Origin: a virus
Taxonomy: Duplodnaviria > Caudoviricetes
IMG/VR virus record: IMGVR_UViG_3300046786_000774
Location: 6,903 to 70,902 of that record
Reading direction: 5' to 3' (one strand)
Length of the DNA stretch: 64,000 bases
The translations under genes were made by a program, and so were the position numbers. Shown here one piece after another: positions 46,545 through 56,185 of this stretch (its first letter is position 1; each line of letters starts with the position of its first letter). Below the pieces are notes generated by a model, which saw nothing but the letters and a program-made list of their open reading frames with translations, was not told the DNA's origin and ran no database searches.

Positions 46545-46786
46545 GACTTCACCGCAACTTTCGAGAACTGAGGGAAGATCATCAACTCCTTGGCGGTGAT
46601 CTTCGCATTCATTCGATCAATGACCTGCTGAATTGTCATGTTGTCAGCAACAGACATGATTTCGAGAACTCTCTTCAGATCCGAGGCCGAAATCCAAACA
46701 ATCTGCTTGGGTGCTGCGGGCTCTGTGGTCGTAGCGGCTGGTTCACTGTTCTTGCGTCGTGTACGCTTTGGTGCTTTCTCTGTCAT
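46541..46786 (-). CDS. hypothetical protein (possible DNA-binding)
   Basis: start ATG 46786, 6 nt after TATGCT. Confidence 0.55.
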   Translation of the reverse strand: MTEKAPKRTRRKNSEPAATTTEPAAPKQIVWISASDLKRVLEIMSVADNMTIQQVIDRMNAKITAKELMIFPQFSKVAVKS

Positions 46787-46847
46787 GGAGATAGCATAGT
46801 GCGCTGACCGAGAAGAAGTTACCGGGGAAGCTACTTTCTGTCCCGAC

Positions 46848-47159
46848 TCACCACCAATAGCTCGACTCATGAACCAGAAAAAGATCGCCTGACTCATCTC
46901 TCAACAACACGCTTGGCAAAAGCATTTCCAAGCAGTCCCGGAGCATGTCTTCTGAACTGCAAGACATTTTGAGAATTGGCTCAAGGTCCTTCCGGGACAC
47001 ATTTTTGAGGCGTTGACATTCAGCCAACGAAGCACGTTCAATGACTTTTGAGGCAACATGGCCTTCCCCCAACAAGAAAAGGCATCTAAACGTAAGAACC
47101 TTGGTTTGGTTGTTGAAGATCGTCGATGTGGTCCCATTTGGTGATTCTTCTTGGTGCAT
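46848..47159 (-). CDS. hypothetical protein
   Basis: 103 aa. Confidence 0.5.
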   Translation of the reverse strand: MHQEESPNGTTSTIFNNQTKVLTFRCLFLLGEGHVASKVIERASLAECQRLKNVSRKDLEPILKMSCSSEDMLRDCLEMLLPSVLLRDESGDLFLVHESSYWW

Positions 47160-47165
47160 GAAATC

Positions 47166-48353
47166 CTACTTTCTGTCCTTCAGGGAAGGTCGAGTGATCG
47201 AGATTCCCATTCCGGGAGGATCATGGAGGGCATAGGGCTTCTTGTCGAGGTTCTTGTTGACCTTCTTGACAATCTTGCTCTGCTTCTCCCGACCTGATTC
47301 ATCTTCATTCTTTCCAGAGGAGAACCCAACGTAGGTGTCACCGTAAGGGCTCTTCCTGGAAGCTCCTCCAACGTGTTTCTGTCCCATCTGGTCCAGGACG
47401 TTTTCTTGGATAGGCCACTCAATCTCCCAAAGCTCGGAAGGCATTGGGTTGTATTCCATCTTTGGGCCCTTCCCCTCGTTCTTTGGGTTGCTCCACATTT
47501 TCTTGTGGGTAGGTTCAGGATCGCCTCCAAGGGGCCCTGTGTAGCCTTGAACGGCTCCTGTGCCCATTGCATTGAACTCGTCCAGGAACTCCTCCATGAT
47601 GGCGTCCACATCGTTTGCAGGCTTGGCCCCAACGAACTTGGATACATCGTAGACACCCTTCTCCACGGGAAGAGGAGCGGTCTTTCCTGTGTACTTCCAA
47701 ATGTACCAAGTTGTAGCTTGGACAGCCTGGACAGGAACTCCGAGCTGTTGAGCAGCTTCTTGGTAGTCCTGGATCATCTGAGCTCTTTCCTTGGTGCTTG
47801 GGTTTTTGAGCCCTTTGAGGTTTTCCTTGGCACCACGCCAAATGTTGATGGCGTGTCCATCAAGGACCATATCCTTCTCGACAGAAGAAGGGTCCATCAG
47901 GGACTTAAAGAAAACGGTAACCTTTGGTCCGGTTACGAGCTTGGTATCCCCCTTCTTGAGGATCTCCTTGGCTCTGAGCACCTGACGAGGATAGGCATTG
48001 ATCTTCTCCTCTCCTCTCAAGAGCTTCTCGGCAGCGGAGAGGTTGCTATTCCACTTGTTGCCTGGAGATAGAACGGCAACAATTGCGGCTGCAACAGGAA
48101 ACGGGAGTTTGAAGGCAAGAGCAAGGTCCTCAACATCCGATTTGGCGTTGTGATACCATTTGCCCCAATACTCCTTTTCCTCGGGAGTTGCTTGGTTGTA
48201 GACGGTCACAATGTTGTGAACGCCGCCCCCAGGTTTCAAACCAAGCTGGTCGACAGCCAACCCACTTCTCTTTGGCTCCTTGATCTTGGAGAGCTCGTCG
48301 AGTTCTTGCTGGGCTGTGTTCTCAAGAAATTCAAGAAGTGAGGACTCTTTCAT
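47166..48353 (-). CDS. DUF7178-like protein (possible HhH glycosylase-like fold) with extensions
   Basis: WY..A...AAIVAVLSP..KW..N, GPKV..F, VLDGHA, QATTW. Confidence 0.55.
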   Translation of the reverse strand: MKESSLLEFLENTAQQELDELSKIKEPKRSGLAVDQLGLKPGGGVHNIVTVYNQATPEEKEYWGKWYHNAKSDVEDLALAFKLPFPVAAAIVAVLSPGNKWNSNLSAAEKLLRGEEKINAYPRQVLRAKEILKKGDTKLVTGPKVTVFFKSLMDPSSVEKDMVLDGHAINIWRGAKENLKGLKNPSTKERAQMIQDYQEAAQQLGVPVQAVQATTWYIWKYTGKTAPLPVEKGVYDVSKFVGAKPANDVDAIMEEFLDEFNAMGTGAVQGYTGPLGGDPEPTHKKMWSNPKNEGKGPKMEYNPMPSELWEIEWPIQENVLDQMGQKHVGGASRKSPYGDTYVGFSSGKNEDESGREKQSKIVKKVNKNLDKKPYALHDPPGMGISITRPSLKDRK

Positions 48354-48382
48354 GTCCCTAAATAGTTCTCAAGATAGGGCAT

Positions 48383-48649
48383 TTACCTCCGACGAATAGA
48401 CTCCACGATCACCGGTTCCGCAACTTTCACCAATCCGCTCTCAAAGAGCTCGTTGAGCTGGGGAATGGTTGCCTTGACTGTGTACCCGTCCATCCAATCA
48501 AAGTACGCAGTGACCTCAATTCCCTTTTCGTTGAAAAGGTTTCGGGAAGTCCCCTTTTTGAGGATCACAAACCCACCAACCACCTTTGGGGGCTTTGCGT
48601 CATCAAATTCCGTTCGCTTTTGCAATAGTCCGTAGTAGTAATAGCCCAC
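48383..48649 (-). CDS. hypothetical protein
   Basis: 88 aa. Confidence 0.6.
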   Translation of the reverse strand: MGYYYYGLLQKRTEFDDAKPPKVVGGFVILKKGTSRNLFNEKGIEVTAYFDWMDGYTVKATIPQLNELFESGLVKVAEPVIVESIRRR

Positions 48650-48678
48650 TTTGCTCTTTCCTCGCCCCCACTGTAAGT

Positions 48679-50610
48679 TCAGTCCTTTGGAACGTCAAGG
48701 GTAAGAGTACGAATGTCCCGTTTGCCCTGGAGGACTTGGAGCATGTCCTCTTCGATTGTCCCAGCAGCGTAGTAGTACAGGGCTTGCACTGGCTTGGATT
48801 GTCCGAGGCGGTGAACACGTCCTGTCCTCTGGTCTAGCCGAGCTGGGTTCCATGGGAGCTCTGTGTGAATGACCACGTCGGCGGCCATCTGCAAGCCATC
48901 CAAGCCAACACCACCAGCATCCGAAGCGAGGAACACCGAAACCCTTGGGTCGACAGTGAATGCCTCGACACTCTTCGCCCTTTGCTTTTCCGATTCCCTT
49001 CCGGTGAAGAAAACGTGCTTGATCCCATCGTTGGTTAGCTCCCTGGAAAGCAGGTCCAGGTACTCTGTCCACTGAGAGAAGAGCACAATCTTGTGCCCTT
49101 TAGCAATCAGGTCTTTCACGTCTTTCAAGACGTTCGCTGTCTTCGAGGAAAGTGGGCTGGCAGCTTTGGTGATCAGGTCCACAGCATTGCAAGCTTGTCG
49201 TGCCTTGAGGAGGTAAGCCTGGAGCATCATCTTCTCTGCAAAAGAGAGACCGGAAGCAAGAGCCTTTGCCAGCAACCGCTTTGCCATTTGGTGGAAGTCG
49301 TCATGGACTTTCCGTTGCTGTGGGGTCATGCCCACCGACTTGTGGATGTGGGTAATCGGAGGAAGGGTCAGTTTGTCGTACCCAAAGACCCTTCCCTTGA
49401 TCTTTTGGTGCAATTGCTCGATGTTCTTGATTCCGGCAAACACCAGGACCTTCCTGTTGACGGAGATGACGTTCTGAAACTGATCGCAGAACTTCCACTT
49501 TGGCCCAAGTGAACCTGGAGCGATCACGTCCATGATCGAATAGAGGTCATCGAGACGGTTCTCGATGACTGTGCCAGAAAGGCCGAAGAAATACTCGCTT
49601 TTCAGCGTTTTGGCGGCTTTCCAAGCCTTGGACTCGTCGTTCCGAATGAACTGGATTTCGTCCATGATCACCAAGTCGTACTTCTGCTCAGTGAAACGCT
49701 CGTGACGTTTCGCAAAGGTCTGATAGGTGACGATTTCCACGCTCTTCGTCCCCAACTTCTCCAGGTGCTTTGGGGTGTTGACGAGCAAGGAATCCATACC
49801 AAGAGCTCGCTTCACCTCCTTTGCCCACTGGATCTTCAATGACTTTGGACAGATCACCAAAAGGCGGGCATTTGGGTTGAGGTTTGCCCGGAGCCAGCCA
49901 TAGCAGGCAATCGAGGTCAGGGTTTTCCCCGAGCCCATGGTCATGGAGCAAACAGCCTTCTTTGCCTTGAGCATGGAGGCAAAGATTTCCTCTTGGTAGT
50001 CGTAGAGATTCAGTGGAGCCGCAAGGATGCCAGCGCTCGATGGGACAGAAGCCAGAAGCTCGCTGTCCGTGACCATGGAGTCTAGGTTGAATCTCTCCCG
50101 AAATGTGGGAATGGCAACGCTCTCGATGACCGGTGCAGTCTTGAGGGCTTGCTTGGTCCCTGTGGTGTAGGTGCAAATGCCATCACTCTCCCCACTATAC
50201 CCCTTGAGCTTGAAGGCTGTGGTTCGATACAGAGGGCTGAGCTTTCTCTGTTGGATTGCTCGCTCGAACTTCTGGAATACTCGAAATTGAGCAACCCACG
50301 GGAAAGCTTGAGCATGCTTCAAGATTCCAATGTGCTCGCAGTGATCCGTTTGCGTTTCCACAAACTCCTTGCAAGAGCACTGCCACACGTCGGCCAAGTT
50401 CTGGACGTAGAACGCCTTTCGGTGTCCATCAACAACCTTGTACTCCACCAATTTGATGGCTTCTGGGCGTTCGGGGAGAAGGGTGAAATCGTATTGCTTC
50501 CTGAGTGCTGTTAGCGTCTGGTGGTATCTCTGGAACGAAAGAGCGTCGGTTGGAATTGCGGGCAGGAACTTGATCTCTTCGTCATCAGGTCTAAATGAGA
50601 CAGTGGTCAT
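48679..50610 (-). CDS. SNF2-family helicase with N-terminal SWIM finger
   Basis: CSC..(9)..CEH; MGSGKT, DEIQ, LSGTVIENRLDDL, FSQW, GGVGLDG, QRTGRVHRLGQ. Confidence 0.93.
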   Translation of the reverse strand: MTTVSFRPDDEEIKFLPAIPTDALSFQRYHQTLTALRKQYDFTLLPERPEAIKLVEYKVVDGHRKAFYVQNLADVWQCSCKEFVETQTDHCEHIGILKHAQAFPWVAQFRVFQKFERAIQQRKLSPLYRTTAFKLKGYSGESDGICTYTTGTKQALKTAPVIESVAIPTFRERFNLDSMVTDSELLASVPSSAGILAAPLNLYDYQEEIFASMLKAKKAVCSMTMGSGKTLTSIACYGWLRANLNPNARLLVICPKSLKIQWAKEVKRALGMDSLLVNTPKHLEKLGTKSVEIVTYQTFAKRHERFTEQKYDLVIMDEIQFIRNDESKAWKAAKTLKSEYFFGLSGTVIENRLDDLYSIMDVIAPGSLGPKWKFCDQFQNVISVNRKVLVFAGIKNIEQLHQKIKGRVFGYDKLTLPPITHIHKSVGMTPQQRKVHDDFHQMAKRLLAKALASGLSFAEKMMLQAYLLKARQACNAVDLITKAASPLSSKTANVLKDVKDLIAKGHKIVLFSQWTEYLDLLSRELTNDGIKHVFFTGRESEKQRAKSVEAFTVDPRVSVFLASDAGGVGLDGLQMAADVVIHTELPWNPARLDQRTGRVHRLGQSKPVQALYYYAAGTIEEDMLQVLQGKRDIRTLTLDVPKD

Positions 50611-50671
50611 CCGTCACCTTCGGTAGAAGGTAACTAATCACCACGCTCAAATCCACCAAGAAGACAAATTT

Positions 50672-50917
50672 TCAACCCCACTCAGAGCACATGCAAATAC
50701 CCTTTTCATCCATGTACTTTGACATCAAACCGTCAGGGTGCCCGCATTCGTCTACTACTGGAGTAGTGGTTGGGTCGATTTCTTTGATTGAAGCGAAAGT
50801 GTTTTCACTTTCGCGAATATCCTCATTCGCAAAGTCAATTGCCTCTTTTTCATCAGAGGCAACAACCCAGTAAGTAACTCCAGCATCATCCATGATTTCG
50901 TATACCTTATTTGTCAT
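50672..50917 (-). CDS. hypothetical acidic protein
   Basis: 81 aa. Confidence 0.55.
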   Translation of the reverse strand: MTNKVYEIMDDAGVTYWVVASDEKEAIDFANEDIRESENTFASIKEIDPTTTPVVDECGHPDGLMSKYMDEKGICMCSEWG

Positions 50918-50944
50918 GTGACAACTATAGCAGTAAAAAGCCGC

Positions 50945-51970
50945 TTAATCCACTAGGAAATGCGAAATTTTGGATCGAACAGTTTCAATGTTGTCACTCT
51001 CCCAAATTACCAATACTTGGTAACCCTTTGAACGAAGGTAATCAAGTTTTCGTTGGTCCCTGTCCCATTTTTCTTGAGCCGTGTAACTCTCTCCCGGAAT
51101 TCGAATCACATCATCAGCATTATACTTGGCCGGGTTGGCATGGATGTAATCGCCATTGATCTCGATGATAATTCGCTTCTCTGGATGGAGTTCATCAGCA
51201 ATGTACGGACCGATTCGCTGTTCACTACCGAAGCCGAATTGTTCTAAATCGAGTTGGTTACGAATGCGCTTGTGTAGCTTCGACAGATGGCCAAAACCAG
51301 ACCCAAAGAACATTCGAACATGCTCTGGATTGTTCATTTGTTCTGTTGCCAATTCACGTCTTCTCTGGCGTTCCTCTGGCTTGTTTACAGCTTCCTTGAT
51401 GGCGGCACTCATCCGAGCCTTTACAGCCGGATCAGCCCACATTTTCTTCGAGTTCACAGAGTGCTTTGCCTTTGTTGCCTCAGAGACCGCTACTGTCCTG
51501 CCCATGTTCGATTCAGAGATGGCTTGTTGAACTTCTGGCAATTTGGAAACGTTATCAACACCGTACTTCGCCTGCACCACCTCTCGGATGCGTTCCTGTG
51601 TCGACGACTTTGAGAACCCATTCTGTTTGCCTTGGCAAGTGAAGGAGCAAAACTTGTTAGGTTGTCCTCTGTGAAAAGTAACAGGTGAGCCACAGGTCAA
51701 ACATGTTGGATTGCCGTGTTTCGCAACGTAAAGCTCAGCGCGCTTCTCAAACAAGTCATGTCCAAAAGCATAGCGCTTGAACTTGCCACGATAAAACACA
51801 GGTTGTTCTTCGCAAAGACCACAGGCACACCTGGGTGGTATACCCCCGAAGTTGACTTGGATCGTGTAGTCTTCAAGAGAAAGAGAATGGACAGACCTAA
51901 CGTGTTGCGTTAGCTGCCCACCCAGGTTGTTAGTGAATGTTTCGTGGCAAATCCAACACTCTATGCTCAT
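50945..51970 (-). mobile_element. free-standing putative homing endonuclease (Vsr-like/EDxHD type, DUF559-like)
   Basis: N-terminal CxxC/C2H2 fingers, NUMOD-like repeats, IADELHP...IIEINGDYIH...RD..K...GYQVLVIWESD. Confidence 0.82.
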
Positions 51971-52014
51971 ACACCTGAGTGTAGCATGGGTTGCTCAAAG
52001 CGTAAACAATGTGG

Positions 52015-54513
52015 TCACGAACATTTCGATCCACCACAGTCGAGGCAGGTCACGCAGCCTTGCTGGTAGCTGAGGTTGGTGGACCCACAATCCGGGCACT
52101 TCTTTTGGCTGGCCTTGGTTCCATCCTTGATGTAGTTCTTCAACACCCTGGACATAACCTTGGAGAAGGAGAACAGGTCGGACTCTTTCTCAGCACCCTT
52201 GAGGAGTTGCTCCACGACGTACTGCACAGGAGCTCCGTGGCGGAGAGCCAAGGAGATTGTCCTTGTGAAGGCGGCGTGGGTTGCGTTCTCAAAGATGTTG
52301 CCAATGTCCTTGATGATGGTCTCGTTCTCAGGGCTCTCGAAGTCGTAGTGGAAGTCGTACTCCGCTGGGTTAACCTCTCCATTGCGCTTGGCAATCTTTC
52401 CCTCGCGGACACGCTTTGGAAGCGTGATGTGCTTGGAAAGTCCGCCCATTACCTCGTAAGGACGACCGGAAAGCTTTCCAATGAAGATCGTCCACTTCTC
52501 ACCTTGGATGGTTGGGTGATAAACGTCGCACTCCAGCTCGGCAGGACGCTTCGGAGCATGGTGTTCAACGAACATCTCCTCTTCGACATCCGAACCACCT
52601 TCTGCGGAGAGAATCACACCGTCACGGCAGCCATCACGGTAGATCGTGATTCCCTTGCAACCAGCTTCCCAACCCTTCATGTAGACCGCCTTCACGGTCT
52701 CCACAGAGGCGTCACGAGGAAGGTTGGTGGTATTGGAGATGGAGTGGTCAATCCACTTCTGAGCTGCACCCTGCATCTCCACCTTGGCAACCCAATCCAC
52801 ATCAGCAATTGTCGACTTCCAGTACGGGGATTGCTCCACGTCCTCATCGCCCTTTTGGTTGATTTCCTTCCAGGCAGCAAAGCCTTGGTTGTAGACCTTG
52901 TACTCTGTCCACTTGTCGCCCTGGGCATCCACGAAGTCAACCCTTGCGTTGGTGTCACTTGGGTTGATCTTCTTCCTGCGAAGGTAGAATGCAGCGAAAA
53001 CGGCATTCTCAATTCCAGAGGTGGTTCCAAAGCCCATCACAGCCTTTGCCAGGATGGAAGTGGAACCGGCTGGAGCGGTGGTGTTGTTTGCGATGTTCCT
53101 GCGTCCGTACTTCAGGTATGCCTCGTAGAAGTCAGGACGGGCGTCCCAAATCCTTTGAAGGAATGGGTCATTCTTCTCCAGGTCGTGGCTGAATGCTGGG
53201 AATGCCCCACGCTCCTTGGCGAGTTCGATGCTGGAAGCGTAGCTGTTCAGAGCAAGTTGCTTGTAGAGCTCCTCGACGACACGAATGCTTTCCTCGGAAC
53301 CATAGCGCATGCCAAGGGCAGCAACAAAGTCGCCAACTGCGGTAACTCCGAGACCGGTACGACGACCTCTCTCGCAAGCTTGACGGATGTTGGTCCAAAG
53401 CCTCTTCTCTGCGGCCTTGATGTGCTCTGGTTCAGGGTCGTTGGCAATCTTTGCGAGAATGCGATCAATCGACTCCAGCTCCATGTCGATGATATCGTCC
53501 ATGAGACGCTGAGAATGGCGGACAACCTCTCCAAAGTGAATCCAATTCACCGCTGCGTTCTTGGTGTATGGTTGATTCACAAAGGAGAGGGTGTTGATCA
53601 AGAGCAGACGGCAGGAGTCATATGGAGAAAGGGTGATTTCTCCGCATGGATTGGTAGAGGAAGTTCTGTACTCGGGGTAGTTGTTTGCTGGGCAGTATTT
53701 CATGATCGGGTCCCAAAAGAGAAGACCCGGCTCTGCGCTTGCATGAGCTGCTGTCACGATCTCGGTCCAAAGGGCACGAGCATCCACCATCTTGCGAATC
53801 TTTGGCGTTGGCGAATCAACAGGAAAACGAAGTTCCACGTCCTTGCCGTCCCTGACAGCTTCCATGAATTCGTCGGAAAGGCGAATGGAGATGTTTGCTC
53901 CCGTGACCCTGGACTTGTCCTTCTTGATATCAATGAAGGTTTGGATCTCCGGGTGGTGAACCGAAATGGTGAGCATCAAGGCTCCTCTGCGCCCGTTCTG
54001 AGCCGTCCTGCGGCAGGCATCAGAGAAGTCGTCCATGAACACAGCAATGCCATCTGTGGTGCCTGCGGCGTTGCTGGTTTGCATTCCCTTTGGTCGAATA
54101 GGGGAGATATCAAAGCCGACACCACCACGGCGCTTCATGATCTCCTTCTCTTCACCCATGGTGTAGGTGATACCCGACATGGAGTCATGTGGGGGCGGAA
54201 TCACGAAGCAATTCGACAAGCTCATGAGCTGGTACTTGTTACCGATACCAGCCATTGGGGAACCCTGGGGGATGACGTACTGGAACTTGTCCAAGTAGGA
54301 GAAAATCTTCTCCTCTGAGAGTGGGTTCTTGTACTTGCTCTCGATCCTTGCGAATTCCTTGGCAAGACGGCGGTGCATTTGCTCTGGAGTTGCCTCCACG
54401 AGCTCACCATTCTCGTTTTTCAAGGCGTACTTCGACACAAACACGTTGGCGGCGAGGGTGTTGCCTTCGAAATACTCTGTTGACTGCTGAATTGCTTCCT
54501 GAAACGAAACCAT
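52015..54513 (-). CDS. nrdJ: class II (adenosylcobalamin-dependent) ribonucleotide reductase
   Basis: SNCFV, RRGGVG, RRGALM, TNPCGE, RRTGLG, RRNIANNTTAPAGSTS, TSCPD-like C-domain and terminal Cys pairs; no beta-subunit gene adjacent. Confidence 0.9.
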   Translation of the reverse strand: MVSFQEAIQQSTEYFEGNTLAANVFVSKYALKNENGELVEATPEQMHRRLAKEFARIESKYKNPLSEEKIFSYLDKFQYVIPQGSPMAGIGNKYQLMSLSNCFVIPPPHDSMSGITYTMGEEKEIMKRRGGVGFDISPIRPKGMQTSNAAGTTDGIAVFMDDFSDACRRTAQNGRRGALMLTISVHHPEIQTFIDIKKDKSRVTGANISIRLSDEFMEAVRDGKDVELRFPVDSPTPKIRKMVDARALWTEIVTAAHASAEPGLLFWDPIMKYCPANNYPEYRTSSTNPCGEITLSPYDSCRLLLINTLSFVNQPYTKNAAVNWIHFGEVVRHSQRLMDDIIDMELESIDRILAKIANDPEPEHIKAAEKRLWTNIRQACERGRRTGLGVTAVGDFVAALGMRYGSEESIRVVEELYKQLALNSYASSIELAKERGAFPAFSHDLEKNDPFLQRIWDARPDFYEAYLKYGRRNIANNTTAPAGSTSILAKAVMGFGTTSGIENAVFAAFYLRRKKINPSDTNARVDFVDAQGDKWTEYKVYNQGFAAWKEINQKGDEDVEQSPYWKSTIADVDWVAKVEMQGAAQKWIDHSISNTTNLPRDASVETVKAVYMKGWEAGCKGITIYRDGCRDGVILSAEGGSDVEEEMFVEHHAPKRPAELECDVYHPTIQGEKWTIFIGKLSGRPYEVMGGLSKHITLPKRVREGKIAKRNGEVNPAEYDFHYDFESPENETIIKDIGNIFENATHAAFTRTISLALRHGAPVQYVVEQLLKGAEKESDLFSFSKVMSRVLKNYIKDGTKASQKKCPDCGSTNLSYQQGCVTCLDCGGSKCS

Positions 54514-54527
54514 AAGCTATCTCCTGT

Positions 54528-56006
54528 TCACTCTTCCGTACGGGAGGATGTCAATTGCATTCCCGATTCATTTGCTCTGTTCAAAACGTTCCTGAAGGAC
54601 CGTTGAACGAAGTTTCTTTCTTCCTTGGCTTCCCGCTCTTGTTCTGCTGTCAAGCCTCGAACCTCATCCTCGGAAAGGAGAGAGAACCTTGAACGAGCGG
54701 TGTCGATCTTGATTGGGAAGCTGAGTCCGTCGATACCATTTCTGTTCTTGGCGATAAACAGGGTGCCGATACCAGTTGCTTTTTTGCTCTCAGGGCGTCC
54801 AAGACCGACCACGAAGTCACAAATGTGAGCCTGGGCGTACGCCTCTGCCATGTTGGCAAGAGAGATGATGTCAGCCTCAGCACCTTCCTTGTTGGACTGA
54901 GAGGCTGTCCAAATTGGCAGGTCCAGTTCCGAGGCGAAAGCACGGAGCTCCTCGAAAATCTTCTTGAGCTCCATCCTTGGAAGGTCGTACTTTTCTGTAG
55001 ACCGCATGATCTGAGCGTAGTCGATCACCAACATGTCAGGGCGGAAGCCCTCAAGCGCAAGCTTGTCGATGAACGACCGAAGGGTTTGAACCGTAGCAGT
55101 TCCCGTTGGGAAATACTTGATCCTCAGCTTTCCAAGGATTCCGGCGTTGTCCGCGTAGTATTTCTTGATCTCATCCATTCTCTCCGCACAATCCAAGGAA
55201 TCAATTCCAAGGAGGTGAGAGTCGTAACGAACTCCAACCGCACGCTCAGCAAGCTCAAAGGTGAAGTGAAGAACGTTCTTTCCCTGGGTCAATGCCTGCG
55301 CACCAACGTGGGTAAGCCAGTGGCTCTTTCCCACGCCAGTTGGCGCAATCACCACATTCAACTCTCCAGAGCCAGTTCCTCCATTGAGAATCTTCTTGGC
55401 GTCCAACGAAGGGCCGTCAATCATATCCCAATTTGAGGAACGGACACAAATGTTCGTCCTGATCGTGTTGCGGAAGGTAACAGAGTACCTCGCATCAATG
55501 TCGTCTTCCAGAGACAGAGCTGGAGCGGTTGCTTGTCCCGAGGAAATAGCCTTCTTGATGATCTCCAGGGAGAGCTCGTACTTGTCTTCCGACTTTGCAA
55601 GCTCAGCACACTGAAGAAGGGCACTTGCAAAGGAACGGTGGCGACAGAACGCCATTGCCGTTTCCTTGACGTACTGCAAGTCACCGTAATCCTTCTTGAT
55701 CTTGGTGTTCTTGATAACGCCAATCACCTGCTCAGCCAAGGCGGGGTCGTTCACAACCTTGAGTTCGTCCCTCATCACTGTGATGAACAGGTCCAGGGAC
55801 GGAAACTCCTTGTACGCCCTGTAGTACGAGAGGTATTTGCTTGCCATCGTACGGAGGTAGGCATACTCGAAATACTCGACATCAAGGATCTCTGCCGCTT
55901 GGGCCGCCCAAACCCGATCCGTCAAGAGAGCCTGGACGATCTTCTCTTGAAAAGCACGGTCGAACTTGGCAAATGAGTTCCTGTTGTCTTCACTTGTGGT
56001 GGACAT
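54528..56006 (-). CDS. dnaB: replicative DNA helicase (DnaB/gp41-like)
   Basis: APTGVGKS Walker A, FTFEL, VIDYA, WTASQSN, AKNRNG. Confidence 0.92.
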   Translation of the reverse strand: MSTTSEDNRNSFAKFDRAFQEKIVQALLTDRVWAAQAAEILDVEYFEYAYLRTMASKYLSYYRAYKEFPSLDLFITVMRDELKVVNDPALAEQVIGVIKNTKIKKDYGDLQYVKETAMAFCRHRSFASALLQCAELAKSEDKYELSLEIIKKAISSGQATAPALSLEDDIDARYSVTFRNTIRTNICVRSSNWDMIDGPSLDAKKILNGGTGSGELNVVIAPTGVGKSHWLTHVGAQALTQGKNVLHFTFELAERAVGVRYDSHLLGIDSLDCAERMDEIKKYYADNAGILGKLRIKYFPTGTATVQTLRSFIDKLALEGFRPDMLVIDYAQIMRSTEKYDLPRMELKKIFEELRAFASELDLPIWTASQSNKEGAEADIISLANMAEAYAQAHICDFVVGLGRPESKKATGIGTLFIAKNRNGIDGLSFPIKIDTARSRFSLLSEDEVRGLTAEQEREAKEERNFVQRSFRNVLNRANESGMQLTSSRTEE

Positions 56007-56185
56007 TCAATTCTCCTTGGTCATTCCAACCCTCTTGAAAGGTAGGGGTTGGAAGAGCTAGCTTACATCAGCAAGATTTGGGATTTACCGCTCTGTTCAC
56101 TTGGTTGCGTTTTTTAACATCGGCGAGAAGCGGCACTCACTGCCATCGGTAAGAGGTAAGTACCTCTCGGGCTGGTGAACTTCCT

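Noticed and set aside
52009-54318. 769-aa plus-strand ORF; also 10077-11684, 22402-23766, 25377-26570, 58579-59763 and 6243-7286
   Set aside because: Antisense shadows of real genes. The scarcity of TTA/CTA/TCA codons in this genome leaves the opposite strand open; no motifs or RBS.
52015-54513. Intein in the ribonucleotide reductase
   Set aside because: The NPCGE region and other usual sites are contiguous, and the length is normal.
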